64,000 bases of DNA from an uncultured Gammaproteobacteria bacterium (GCA_963924875.1 CAWUSX010000016.1:6663-70662), one strand, 5' to 3'. Counted from the stretch's first letter, positions 38,643 to 49,006 are shown. The notes: generated from the letters alone by a model not told the origin. A program made the numbers and translations.

Positions 38643-39989
38643 ATGCAAAATAAACAACGTATCGCCATCGTCGGTGGTGGCTGGGCCGGGCTCGCTGCCG
38701 CTGTTGAACTATGCCGGCACGGGCATGCGGTGAGTGTATATGAATCGGCCCCACAGCTTGGTGGACGCGCGCGCAGCATTGAATGGAACGGCATGACGCT
38801 GGATAACGGCCAGCATTTAATGATCGGCGCCTATCAACAAATGCTAAGCCTGTTAACTACTATGCAAGCGGACCTTGAGCATTTATTTAAGCGCCTGCCG
38901 CATCACATGCTGATGTTAGATGCCAATACGGGGAACACCTTACTTGAGCTAAAGCTGCCCACCTTTCCAGCACCACTGCATCTTTTATTTGGTGTGCTTA
39001 GAATTCCACAGTTATCCTTTTTACAAAAAATTCAGTTACTGCTGCGTTTCAATAAGCTGTTAAACACGCCTATTAAGGAAGACATTTTTGTTAGCGACTG
39101 GTTGGCGAGTGCACGACTACCCGCAGCCTACACAGAATATTTACTGCAACCAATTTGCCTTGCCGCGCTTACTACTCATCCGCAACAGGCCTCGGCCAAA
39201 GCCTTGCAAAATATTTTACTGCAAACCTTTAATGCACCGGCAGACCACACCGATTTATTAATACCCTGTAAAGACCTGGGCGAGGTATTTCCACAACTGG
39301 CCAAATCATTTATTGAACAACATGGCGGTCAGATTTTTACGCGCAGCAAAGTTCAGGGCCTGCAATTTGAAAATTCACAGTTAAGTGGAATTCTGCTTAA
39401 TGATGAAGTCGTAAATTTCGAGCAGGTTATTTTGGCCACACCACCCACGGTCACCAGCCAGTTTTTAGCTGGCAACCCACTGTTAGTCGACACGGCTAAA
39501 TTGATTCAGCAGTTACAATACGAGCCGGTAACCACCCTGTATTTGCAGTTTACACAGCCGGTCATTTTGCCTACGCCGATGCTAGGTATAATCAATGGTG
39601 TATCCGAATGGGTATTTGAACGGGCGACTAGCGGCCATGAAAATGTACTCGCTGTGGTGATTAGCGCACAGGGTGATCACCTGACAATGCCGCAGAGCGT
39701 ATTAACCGAGCAGGTATACAAGGAGCTAAAACGTGCGATACACAATCTTCCCGAACTAATGGATAGCAAGATGATTATTGAAAAGCGTGCGACTATTCAG
39801 TGCCATCCCGGTGTAGATAAACTCCGCCCAAACATTCGCACAAACTTGAGCAACCTCAATTTATGCGGTGATTACGTGTATATTGAAGAAAATAATCACC
39901 CCGGACTGCCATCAACACTCGAAGGAGCACTACGCTCTGGTGTAAAATGCGCACAAACTATTATTCAACAGCCAAACCCCAAAGATTGA
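38643..39989 (+). CDS. hpnE: Hydroxysqualene dehydroxylase HpnE (FAD-dependent amine-oxidase fold)
   Basis: 448 aa. IAIVGGGWAGLAAA dinucleotide-binding motif. It directly abuts hpnD (TAAATG). Confidence 0.8.
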   Translation: MQNKQRIAIVGGGWAGLAAAVELCRHGHAVSVYESAPQLGGRARSIEWNGMTLDNGQHLMIGAYQQMLSLLTTMQADLEHLFKRLPHHMLMLDANTGNTLLELKLPTFPAPLHLLFGVLRIPQLSFLQKIQLLLRFNKLLNTPIKEDIFVSDWLASARLPAAYTEYLLQPICLAALTTHPQQASAKALQNILLQTFNAPADHTDLLIPCKDLGEVFPQLAKSFIEQHGGQIFTRSKVQGLQFENSQLSGILLNDEVVNFEQVILATPPTVTSQFLAGNPLLVDTAKLIQQLQYEPVTTLYLQFTQPVILPTPMLGIINGVSEWVFERATSGHENVLAVVISAQGDHLTMPQSVLTEQVYKELKRAIHNLPELMDSKMIIEKRATIQCHPGVDKLRPNIRTNLSNLNLCGDYVYIEENNHPGLPSTLEGALRSGVKCAQTIIQQPNPKD

Positions 39990-39996
39990 GATAACT

Positions 39997-40728
39997 ATGC
40001 AATATCAGGCACAAGCAGATTTTTTAAAAGACAAGATCATATTGGTAACCGGTGCCGGTGATGGTCTGGGGAAAGCGGCCGCCATCAGCTATGCAGCTCA
40101 CGGCGCAACGGTTGTGTTATTGGGCCGCACGACGAATAAATTAGAACAAACCTACGATGAAATCGTTGCCGCCGGTTATCCAGAACCCGCCATCTACCCA
40201 CTCAATTTAGAAGGCGCCACACCCAAAGATTATGAAGAACTGGCAGATACACTTAGAGAGCAGTTCGGTGGCCTGCATGGACTGCTACACAGCGCGGCAA
40301 TTCTCGGCAGCGCAACACCTATTCAACAACATGACATTGAAGTTTGGTACAAGGTATTTCAGGTCAATTTAAATGCCCCGTTTGTAATGACCCGCGCACT
40401 CATAGCGCTTATGCGCGATACCGCTGGTTCAAAAATTATTTTCACCACCGATGATAAATCGCAGGCCTACTGGGGTGCCTACGGTATTTCTAAAGATGCA
40501 CTCACCAGCTTTATGAAAATACTCGCCGATGAAATGGATACAGAGGATCGACCTGTGCGTGTAAACGCCGTGAACCCGGGTGCCGTACGCACACAAATGC
40601 GGGTACGTGCATTTCCTGCAGAAGACCCAAACTCACTGCCAACTACCGATGATGTGATGCCCACTTATTTATATTTAATGAGCGATGATTGCAAAGAAGT
40701 CGGTCAAACGCTTCTAGCACAGAGCTAA
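39997..40728 (+). CDS. yciK: YciK-like short-chain dehydrogenase/reductase
   Basis: 243 aa. LKDKIILVTGAGDGLGKAAAISYAAHGATVVLLGR is close to E. coli YciK. YxxxK is present (YGISKDA). Confidence 0.85.
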   Translation: MQYQAQADFLKDKIILVTGAGDGLGKAAAISYAAHGATVVLLGRTTNKLEQTYDEIVAAGYPEPAIYPLNLEGATPKDYEELADTLREQFGGLHGLLHSAAILGSATPIQQHDIEVWYKVFQVNLNAPFVMTRALIALMRDTAGSKIIFTTDDKSQAYWGAYGISKDALTSFMKILADEMDTEDRPVRVNAVNPGAVRTQMRVRAFPAEDPNSLPTTDDVMPTYLYLMSDDCKEVGQTLLAQS

Positions 40729-40783
40729 GCTTACAACTCCGCGTATTCGCGAAGTTGTAATTTTTACCAGGCGAGAAATACAG

Positions 40784-41833
40784 GTGCAAAGCAAACAAAC
40801 TATCTGGCTTCTGTCCGCATATCGCTCACAAAGCCATGCCGCCTGGGCCGACTGGCTGGTAAATACATTTACCCATATTAACTGGCACACCCTCGAATTA
40901 CCCGGCCGACATTTTCGTTGGCGTATTCGCGGCAACCCACTCTCCTGGTTACACAAACTACCGCAGGCAACACCTGATTTAATTTTAGCCACCTCAATGG
41001 TAGACCTCGCTACTTTAAAAGGCCTGCATCCCCGCCTGGCTAATACCCCGGTAATTTACTACTTTCATGAAAACCAGTTCGCCTACCCTGTTAGTAAACA
41101 GCAGCATGACTCCGTAGACCCACAAATGGTGCAACTTTATGGCGCAATAGCCGCCAATAAAATTGTTTTTAATTCAAACTATAATCGCGAAACTTTTTTA
41201 GCGGGAATAGATAAATTACTCAGCATGTTACCCGATGAAGTACCTGAAAATTTAACAGCCGATTTAAGAAGTAAGAGCCAGATATTACCTGTACCTATTA
41301 AACCTGTGCAAATACAAAATAATAAAATACCGGATCTTATTCTGTGGAATCATCGTTGGGAATACGACAAAGCCCCGGACGTATTTGCAGACGCCTTAAT
41401 AAAATTAAATAACCAGGGTATAGATTTTAAATTAGCCCTAGTTGGCGAACGCGCAAACAACACACCACCGGCTTTATTAAAAATAGAAAATGAATTACAC
41501 AATAAAATTATTATCAACCAAAAGGTAAGCAAGCAGGAATACCTTCAGTACCTTAGTCAATCGAGTATTGTAGTGAGCACAGCGATTCATGAATTTGAGG
41601 GCCTGGCGATATTAGAGGCCGTTAGTGCAGGAGCAGTGCCTGTAGTACCTGATGATTTATGTTACCGAGAACAATATGCAGAACTGTATCGATACAAGAC
41701 CAGAGATAGTGATGCATTAGCAGATAAGTTAAGCCACTTTTTAAACTCGGCACCCGTAGTGCCTGATATTTCCAACTGGTATGAAGCTAAACTTAAAAGT
41801 GAGTGGGCTAATCTTCTTATGAAAAATAAGTAA
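40784..41833 (+). CDS. DUF3524 + GT4-type glycosyltransferase, homolog of eukaryotic GTDC1
   Basis: 349 aa. Blocks YYFHENQFAYPV, WNHRWEYDKAP and STAIHEFEGLAILEAV correspond to human GTDC1 blocks YFHENQLIYPV, WPHRWEHDKDP and STAKHEFFGVAMLEAV as I recall them. GTG start. Confidence 0.7.
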   Translation: MQSKQTIWLLSAYRSQSHAAWADWLVNTFTHINWHTLELPGRHFRWRIRGNPLSWLHKLPQATPDLILATSMVDLATLKGLHPRLANTPVIYYFHENQFAYPVSKQQHDSVDPQMVQLYGAIAANKIVFNSNYNRETFLAGIDKLLSMLPDEVPENLTADLRSKSQILPVPIKPVQIQNNKIPDLILWNHRWEYDKAPDVFADALIKLNNQGIDFKLALVGERANNTPPALLKIENELHNKIIINQKVSKQEYLQYLSQSSIVVSTAIHEFEGLAILEAVSAGAVPVVPDDLCYREQYAELYRYKTRDSDALADKLSHFLNSAPVVPDISNWYEAKLKSEWANLLMKNK

Positions 41834-42029
41834 GGCAATATTCTAGCCAAACTCAACAACTATGGACTTACAGTCCGCTGTTTTACAATTCACTATCTAG
41901 TTTAATAAATAATTCAATTAATCTGCAGGATCACAGGTCTTACAATCAGACATTAATATCGTAAAACTTAACCCCACGATTAACTGCCGAAAAAAATCCA
42001 GATACTTTTCTGTAAACTCTAATTTACAT

Positions 42030-43967
42030 TCATCCATCAAACGAAGTATCCTCATCTTGCTGCATATTCCATAAGCTCGCATACAGGCCAGCCTTATCTA
42101 ACAATTCCTGATGCGTGCCTTGCTCAACAATGCGCCCCTGCTCTAGTACAATAATTGTATTCGCATCCACAATGGTCGATAAGCGATGCGCAATAACCAG
42201 TGTTGTGTGTTCTTCTGCTACGGCCTTCAATGACTTCAGAATAATTTGTTCTGAGTGTGAATCTAATGACGATGTGGCTTCATCAAAAATAAGGATACGT
42301 GGATTTTTAAGAATGACACGGGCAATTGCCACGCGCTGTTTTTCACCGCCAGATAATTTTAAGCCACGCTCTCCAACAATGGTTTCATAAGCATCCGGTA
42401 AACCTTCAATAAAACTATCTATATTCGCAAGCTTTGCGGCATGTCGAACTTCGGCTTCTGTTGCACCTGGACGTGCATATTGAATATTATGGAAAATAGT
42501 TTCATTAAACAGCACGGTGTCTTGCGGCACTATGCCAATATGTTTCCTTAAACTCGCCTGACTAACAGCCTGTATATTTTGACCATCAATTAAAATTTCA
42601 CCTTCATTGGTATCGTAAAACCTGAACAATAATCGAGCCAGGGTTGATTTGCCTGCACCTGATGGCCCAACGACCGCTACTTTGTGCCCACTGGGAATTT
42701 TAAAACTCACATCATGTAATATTTGGCGCTCTTCATTATAGGCAAACTGTATGTTTTTAAATTCCACATCGGCCTGCGTAACCTGTAATGACTTTGCTTC
42801 TTGTGTATCGACTATTTGCGGCGAGTTATCTAACAGCTTAAATAACAAATCCATATCCGCCAGCGCATGTTTCATAGAGCGATAAATAATACCAAGGAAG
42901 CCTAACGGTATAAATAGTTGAAGCATCATTGTGTTGACTAACACCAGATCGCCCAAACTCATGCTGCCATCAACTACCCCTTGAGCGGCAAGCATCATCA
43001 CAAGGGTTACACCAATCGCAATAATGGCACCCTGGCCAAAGTTTAAAAGCGCCATTGAGCTTGTACTTTTAACCGCGCAATCTTCCCATTTTTCCAGCGT
43101 TTCGTTGTAACGTGTTATTTCATAATCTTCATTATTAAAATACTTAACCGTTTCATAATTAATCAGCCCGTCAACAGCACGCGAGTTGGCTTCTGAATCG
43201 TAGGCATTCATTTCATGCCTAAAGTGCATACGCCATTCGGTTAACATCATGGTGTAAATTAAATAAACCATTACGGTACCAAAGGTCACCAGTGCAAATT
43301 TCGCGTCATATCGACCAAATAGAATAATCGCAACGAATACAAACTCCGTTAAGGTAGGAATAATATTGAAGGTGAGATAATTTAAGATAGATGAAAGACT
43401 TCTCGCGCCGCGTTCTAAATCACGCGATATGCCACCGGTTTTACGCTCCAGATGAAAGTTTAATGACAAATCATATAAATGCTTTACTACATTAGTTGAA
43501 ATATCGCGCATTGCGCGGAAACGTACACGACAAAAAATTGCATCACGCAGTTCATTAAATAACACATTCGTTAAGCGCAAGGCTCCATAACCTAGCAGCA
43601 GCATAAGCGGCAGCTCTAATGGAACTTTATCGAGTACTTGAGAAGACATTTCGGTTGTTTTAGATAAGGCATCATTTAATGCACGCGCATCTAATGAATC
43701 GACAATTTCCTTAAGTACCAGTGGAATACTGACCGTCGCCATTTTTGCCAGCATAAGTGACGCCAGGGCAATAAGCACCCGACCTTTGTAGCTCCATAAA
43801 AATGGCAACATACGTTTTAAATTAATAAGGTCTTTGCGCTCGGTGTGTGGTGCTTCGGTGGGACGATTACTGGTGTGTATCATAGGATTTTGCGATGCAG
43901 AAAAATACAACATATTATCGACAATCTTAGGTACAATCCACCTAAATAAACCCGCAACTATACCCAT
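42030..43967 (-). CDS. ABC exporter, fused permease/ATPase (ABCB / ATM1-HMT1-like)
   Basis: Six TM helices, then Walker A (GPSGAGKST), signature (LSGGEKQR) and Walker B (ILIFDEATS). The true start is probably downstream (43913 or 43883), because the divergent MFP gene begins only 9 nt away. Confidence 0.88.
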   Translation of the reverse strand: MGIVAGLFRWIVPKIVDNMLYFSASQNPMIHTSNRPTEAPHTERKDLINLKRMLPFLWSYKGRVLIALASLMLAKMATVSIPLVLKEIVDSLDARALNDALSKTTEMSSQVLDKVPLELPLMLLLGYGALRLTNVLFNELRDAIFCRVRFRAMRDISTNVVKHLYDLSLNFHLERKTGGISRDLERGARSLSSILNYLTFNIIPTLTEFVFVAIILFGRYDAKFALVTFGTVMVYLIYTMMLTEWRMHFRHEMNAYDSEANSRAVDGLINYETVKYFNNEDYEITRYNETLEKWEDCAVKSTSSMALLNFGQGAIIAIGVTLVMMLAAQGVVDGSMSLGDLVLVNTMMLQLFIPLGFLGIIYRSMKHALADMDLLFKLLDNSPQIVDTQEAKSLQVTQADVEFKNIQFAYNEERQILHDVSFKIPSGHKVAVVGPSGAGKSTLARLLFRFYDTNEGEILIDGQNIQAVSQASLRKHIGIVPQDTVLFNETIFHNIQYARPGATEAEVRHAAKLANIDSFIEGLPDAYETIVGERGLKLSGGEKQRVAIARVILKNPRILIFDEATSSLDSHSEQIILKSLKAVAEEHTTLVIAHRLSTIVDANTIIVLEQGRIVEQGTHQELLDKAGLYASLWNMQQDEDTSFDG

Positions 43968-43976
43968 ACTGAGCCT

Positions 43977-45065
43977 ATGTTTTTACAGACTGCAATACTC
44001 AATTTAGCGCGTACACTAACAATACTGTCTGTGGGCATTTTATTAATCAGCTGTAGCGACACTGATAAAGCCAAAGATAAAGCTCGCTCACCTGAACAGT
44101 TAGTTGAAACAATGCTGGTAACACAACAGGAAATTGCGGTTAGCCGTACACTCTCAGGCACCTTACAGGCCATTAGAGAAGTTAACATTACCAACCAGAC
44201 TCAGGGGATATTAACCGAGCTTAACGTGTATCCGGGGGATAAGGTTGAGATTGGCTCTACACTGGCAAGATTAGACGATGCATTAACGGCGGCAGAGGTG
44301 CAAAAAGCGCAGGCGATTTTAAATCAGGCAGAGGTTGATTTAAGCCGTTTAAAAGACTTGGCGTCGCGTAAACTGGCATCGGACAGTGAACTCGCCAGTG
44401 CAGCCACGCAAAAAGATATTGCCGCAGCTGAACTAATGTTAAAACAAACAGAGCTCAGCTATACACATATTAAGTCGCCTATTAATGGCTTCGTATCTAA
44501 GCGCCTGGTCGAGTCAGGCGACGTACTCTCATCACACAGCCATATTTTAAGTTTAATTGACACCTCCAGTTTAAAGGCCGAGATTAATCTTAGTGAATTA
44601 CTGCTGCCATTAATTAAAGAGAGCAATCCTGTTTCAATAAAAATTGATGCCCTTGGCAAGCAAATATTTACAGGTGAAATTAAACGCATTTACCCCACCA
44701 TAGATAAAACAACACGCCGTGGTACCATTGAAATAATTATCACACCGGTGCCTGAAGGCGCTCGACCGGGGCAACTCTGCAGAGTCACCATTAAGACGCA
44801 AAACAAATCACGGCTGATGATTCCCTATGATGCCATTCGCCATGATCAGGAAGGCAGCTTTGTATTTGCGCTGGTAAACGGACAGGCTGAACGCACCGAG
44901 GTTAGAACGGGGATACAACAGGGTGATTTGATTGAAGTGCTAGAAGGTATTTCCCCTCAACAAAATATTATTACTAAAGGTTTCTTTGGCCTTAAAAATA
45001 AAATGCAGGTACAGGCTGTAAATACACCGTCAGACAAACCTCAAGCCAATGCTAAAAAACAATAA
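43977..45065 (+). CDS. RND efflux periplasmic adaptor (membrane fusion protein), lipoprotein
   Basis: 362 aa. Lipobox (LLISCSD), a coiled-coil hairpin region and HlyD/biotinyl-lipoyl-like motifs (IKSPINGFVSKRLVESGD). Confidence 0.88.
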   Translation: MFLQTAILNLARTLTILSVGILLISCSDTDKAKDKARSPEQLVETMLVTQQEIAVSRTLSGTLQAIREVNITNQTQGILTELNVYPGDKVEIGSTLARLDDALTAAEVQKAQAILNQAEVDLSRLKDLASRKLASDSELASAATQKDIAAAELMLKQTELSYTHIKSPINGFVSKRLVESGDVLSSHSHILSLIDTSSLKAEINLSELLLPLIKESNPVSIKIDALGKQIFTGEIKRIYPTIDKTTRRGTIEIIITPVPEGARPGQLCRVTIKTQNKSRLMIPYDAIRHDQEGSFVFALVNGQAERTEVRTGIQQGDLIEVLEGISPQQNIITKGFFGLKNKMQVQAVNTPSDKPQANAKKQ

Positions 45066-45071
45066 TAAGCC

Positions 45072-48000
45072 ATGAGTAATTTAAGCCGCACAGGCGGCCT
45101 TGCCAGTTGGTCAATTAAACGCCCCATAGCGGTTATTATGTTGTCGCTTAGCGTTATGGTTGTCGGTGTATTTTCATTAGATCGCTTAAATATTAATTTA
45201 TTGCCCGATATTATTTACCCTGATGTGCGTATCCGAATTTTAGAGCCCGGTACACCCGCGCAAATTATGGAGGATAAATTTACACGCCAGTTAGAAGAAC
45301 AACTCGCCATCACCGAGGGTACTACACGCATTCAATCGGATACCTCCGTTGGCCGAAGTGCCATTAACTTAAGCTTTCCCTACGGCACAGATATTGATCG
45401 CGCCTTACAAGATGCCAGCACACGCCTCGATCGAGCCAAACGTTTTTTACCCGCTACCGATGATGCACCCATCATCTATAAACGTGACCCTTCACAAATC
45501 CCGGTAATGGAACTGGTTGTGAGCTCTGCCAGCCGTGATCCTATAGAACTGCGGAGCTGGGTTGATTACGAATTATCTAAATGGTTTTTAAACATTGAAG
45601 GCGTTGCATCCACTGAAGTAGGCGGTGGTTTAGTGCGTGAAATACAGGTCATTATTGACCAGGAAAAACTCGCTGCGAGCGGATTTAAAATCAGCGATAT
45701 TAAATCATTACTGCAGGAGGAAAATCAGGATATCTCCAGCGGCACACTTTACATGAACACGCGTAAACTTAACGCGCGCACTGAGGGGCGTTTTGATTCT
45801 GTTGCAAGCATTGCCGAACTTCCTCTACATAAAGCCAATCAAAGCAACATTGATAAATCTATACGCCTTAAAGATGTCGCCGAAGTTATTGATACGCACC
45901 AGGATGAAGATTTACGTATCCGTTTAAATAAACAACCCGGTGTAAAACTATCTATTCAAAAACAACCAGAAGCAAATACCGTTGATGTTGCCAAGCGCAT
46001 ACATCAACAGCTCAAGTGGTTTAAATCACAACAGCTATTGCCTAAGGACATCAAAATTGAAACGGTTGATGACCAGTCTATATATGTAAGCCGCGCACTT
46101 AACAATGCCAGCGTTGCCGCTATAAGTGGTGCGATACTGGCAATGCTCATTGTGTATTTATTTTTGCGCGATATTCGCCGTACCTTAATTATTTCCACTG
46201 CCATCCCACTGGCAATTTTCATTACCTTTATCATTATGGGCATAGGCGGAATTAGCTTAAACATTATGTCCTTAGGGGGGCTTGCACTGGGCATAGGTTT
46301 ATTGGTCGATAATACTATCGTGATGCTGGAAAACATCTCACGTCATCAAACGCAAGGTGAGGCCCCTTCTGTTGCGGCACATAATGCAGCTACAGAAGTC
46401 ACCGGCGCTATCACCGCATCTACCGCCACCAATTTAGTCGCGGTATTACCATTTTTGTTTATTGGTGGTTTAATTGGTTTATTATTTAGCGAACTAATCA
46501 TTACCCTAAGCGCGGCCATTATCGCCTCGTTAATTGTTGCTTTAACCCTGGTTCCCGCACTGGGCGCTAAAATACAAACGCCTCCAAAAAATGTCACTAG
46601 CGGCACATTTATACGCCTGCAAAAAAACTACATTCGTTTATTACAGGTAACGCTTAAATATAAATTCTGGGTACTTGGTTTATTTTCCTGCATGCTTTTT
46701 TTCAGTGTCTACCAATTGAATAATGCAAAGAGTTTATTCTTCCCTGCAATGGATGAAGGTAAAGTTACAATCAGCCTGTCCACTGAACCTGGCACGCGTC
46801 TGGAAGAATTTGATCTGAATTTATCAAGAATCGAAACCATGGTACTGCAACAAACAGAGGTACAATCTGCATTTGTGACTTCCGGTGGTTTTGTATTTGG
46901 CCGTACACAAATTCAAAACAGCCACCGTGGCACTATTTCTGTTCAGCTAAAGCCGCTGGCTGAGCGCAATTCGATCAGCAGTAAAGACTGGATTAACAAG
47001 GTCAATGAAGAAATCAAAAAAATACAACTGGTTGGCTACGTCGTTCGCTTGCGCGTGAGTGGTGTACGTGGTATTCACACCAGTTTTGGCGATGATGACT
47101 TTAGCCTGCGCATACAGGGCCCGGATATTGGCATCCTCACAGAAAGTGCCGATAAAATTATTAAAAAAATTGCAGATATACCTGAGCTCAAAAATCTCAC
47201 ACACAGTTATGAAGAACAAAGCAACGAACTTATTATTAAAATTAATCGCGAGCGCGCCACTGATTTAGGCGTAAGCTCAGAAGAAATCGGTGATGCCGTA
47301 CGACTCGCACTGAATGGCGAGGTAGCCACAGAATTTTTGGATGGCGATAAAGAATATGATATCCGACTGCAAATGGCACGCAACAAAATAAGCCATATAA
47401 ATGATTTGAAAAACATTATCATCACACTAAATCAACAAAAGAGTATTCGCCTGCTGGATGTTGCCGACATAAACATGTCACCTGAACCCAGCATGATTAA
47501 ACGTGACAATCAATTACGCATAAATGAAATATCCGCATCCCTGGACCCCGACACGGATTACGCAAAACTGGTACAGCGGGTATTCGAACGCATTAAAGAT
47601 GTACCACTACCGGATGGCTACAGCATATATGATGGCGGCACACTAGATGCACTTCGCGAAAGTGAATCTATGGCTTTAATATTATTAGGTCTGGCTGTGT
47701 TTTTAGTCTTCGTCGTTATGAGTGTGCAATATGAATCACTCACCAACCCTCTGGTTATTATATTAACTATCCCCTTCTCATTAATTGGTGTATACCTTGC
47801 GGTAGACTTTTCTTTAGCCGGGCAGCTAACAATGCCTGCAAAATTAGGCATTATTATGCTCGCAGGAATTGTGGTAAACAACGCCATTGTTCTGGTTGAA
47901 CAAATAGAAATATGTCGTCAAAGTGGTCTGCAAATATTAGAGTCGATTATACAGGCATCCAGCTTACGCCTGCGCCCCATATTAATGACCAGCCTGACCA

Positions 48001-48167
48001 GTGTTTTCGGTATGATGCCCTTAGCCGCCGGATTAAATGAAGGTTCAGAAATGCTTCAACCACTGGCCACTGTTATTGTATTTGGCCTGTCTTTTTCATT
48101 ATTTGTCTCATTATTACTTATCCCTGTTATTTATCTGATGATTCATAATAAGAGTGCGCACGCTTGA
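45072..48167 (+). CDS. RND family efflux permease (AcrB/HAE-type)
   Basis: 1031 aa with 12-TM/2-loop topology and the N-terminus SIKRPIAVIMLSL. It contains typical AcrB-family blocks. Confidence 0.92.
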   Translation: MSNLSRTGGLASWSIKRPIAVIMLSLSVMVVGVFSLDRLNINLLPDIIYPDVRIRILEPGTPAQIMEDKFTRQLEEQLAITEGTTRIQSDTSVGRSAINLSFPYGTDIDRALQDASTRLDRAKRFLPATDDAPIIYKRDPSQIPVMELVVSSASRDPIELRSWVDYELSKWFLNIEGVASTEVGGGLVREIQVIIDQEKLAASGFKISDIKSLLQEENQDISSGTLYMNTRKLNARTEGRFDSVASIAELPLHKANQSNIDKSIRLKDVAEVIDTHQDEDLRIRLNKQPGVKLSIQKQPEANTVDVAKRIHQQLKWFKSQQLLPKDIKIETVDDQSIYVSRALNNASVAAISGAILAMLIVYLFLRDIRRTLIISTAIPLAIFITFIIMGIGGISLNIMSLGGLALGIGLLVDNTIVMLENISRHQTQGEAPSVAAHNAATEVTGAITASTATNLVAVLPFLFIGGLIGLLFSELIITLSAAIIASLIVALTLVPALGAKIQTPPKNVTSGTFIRLQKNYIRLLQVTLKYKFWVLGLFSCMLFFSVYQLNNAKSLFFPAMDEGKVTISLSTEPGTRLEEFDLNLSRIETMVLQQTEVQSAFVTSGGFVFGRTQIQNSHRGTISVQLKPLAERNSISSKDWINKVNEEIKKIQLVGYVVRLRVSGVRGIHTSFGDDDFSLRIQGPDIGILTESADKIIKKIADIPELKNLTHSYEEQSNELIIKINRERATDLGVSSEEIGDAVRLALNGEVATEFLDGDKEYDIRLQMARNKISHINDLKNIIITLNQQKSIRLLDVADINMSPEPSMIKRDNQLRINEISASLDPDTDYAKLVQRVFERIKDVPLPDGYSIYDGGTLDALRESESMALILLGLAVFLVFVVMSVQYESLTNPLVIILTIPFSLIGVYLAVDFSLAGQLTMPAKLGIIMLAGIVVNNAIVLVEQIEICRQSGLQILESIIQASSLRLRPILMTSLTSVFGMMPLAAGLNEGSEMLQPLATVIVFGLSFSLFVSLLLIPVIYLMIHNKSAHA

Positions 48168-48901
48168 ACAATTGGCAAAGTCAAAATTCCGATAAAACAC
48201 TGGCCGATAATGAAGTCCACATCTGGCTGAGTTATTTAAATTTGCACCAGGCAAGACTTAAACACCTGTACCCGCTTTTATCTGACGCCGAAAAGGAACG
48301 CAGCGAACGTTTTAAACATTATAAACTGCGTAAAAACTACATTGCCTCACACGGGTTTTTACATACCGCACTTGGCTACTACATAAATACCGACGCCGAT
48401 GAAATAGAGTTTGCACACGGAGAGCAAGGCAAGCCATCAATTATAGAAAGCCAAAACTCGCAGAACATCCAGTTTAATTTAAGCCACTCCGGCAGTTTAG
48501 CCATACTTGCCATTTGCAAAAATCATCAGCTGGGTATAGACATTGAATGTACAGATAGAAAGGCAGACTGGGCGGGTATAGTGAGGCGTTTTTTTACTGA
48601 AAATGAACAGCAGGCATTTTTTCAATTAGATGAAAGCCTACAGGAAAATAGCTTTTATAAAATTTGGACGCGCAAAGAAGCGCATATGAAAGTCACGGGG
48701 AAAGGCTTGTCTCTGCCCGCCACACAGTTTGAAATTAGCATTCCACCTAAGCCTGCGGCATTCATTCGTAATTTAAAAACTGACGAGCAGCACAGCTATA
48801 AAATGCTAGATATTGATTTACCCAGTATGTACAACGACTACCATGCCTGTTTATCAGGCGCTTTTGATTTTCAGTCAGTGAAGCTATTTATACATTCATA
48901 G
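48164..48901 (+). CDS. Sfp-type 4'-phosphopantetheinyl transferase
   Basis: 245 aa. EVHIW near the N-terminus, GIDIE, and FYKIWTRKEAHMKVTGKG. A TTG start overlaps the RND stop (cTTGA). Confidence 0.82.
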   Translation: MNNWQSQNSDKTLADNEVHIWLSYLNLHQARLKHLYPLLSDAEKERSERFKHYKLRKNYIASHGFLHTALGYYINTDADEIEFAHGEQGKPSIIESQNSQNIQFNLSHSGSLAILAICKNHQLGIDIECTDRKADWAGIVRRFFTENEQQAFFQLDESLQENSFYKIWTRKEAHMKVTGKGLSLPATQFEISIPPKPAAFIRNLKTDEQHSYKMLDIDLPSMYNDYHACLSGAFDFQSVKLFIHS

Positions 48902-49006
48902 CCAGGTAAATGCTTTATTTGACTTCTCAATATAAATCAGTAAATTATGCCTATAACCATATAAATTATAAGTATTTACGTTTCATATCCGGTACATTAT
49001 TTAAAT

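Noticed and set aside
43958-44194. 78-aa minus-strand ORF and the extended N-terminus of the ABC exporter reaching 43967
   Set aside because: The 78-aa ORF is antisense to the MFP lipoprotein signal region. The exporter's first ~28 residues have no TM or conserved character, so the true start is likely downstream.
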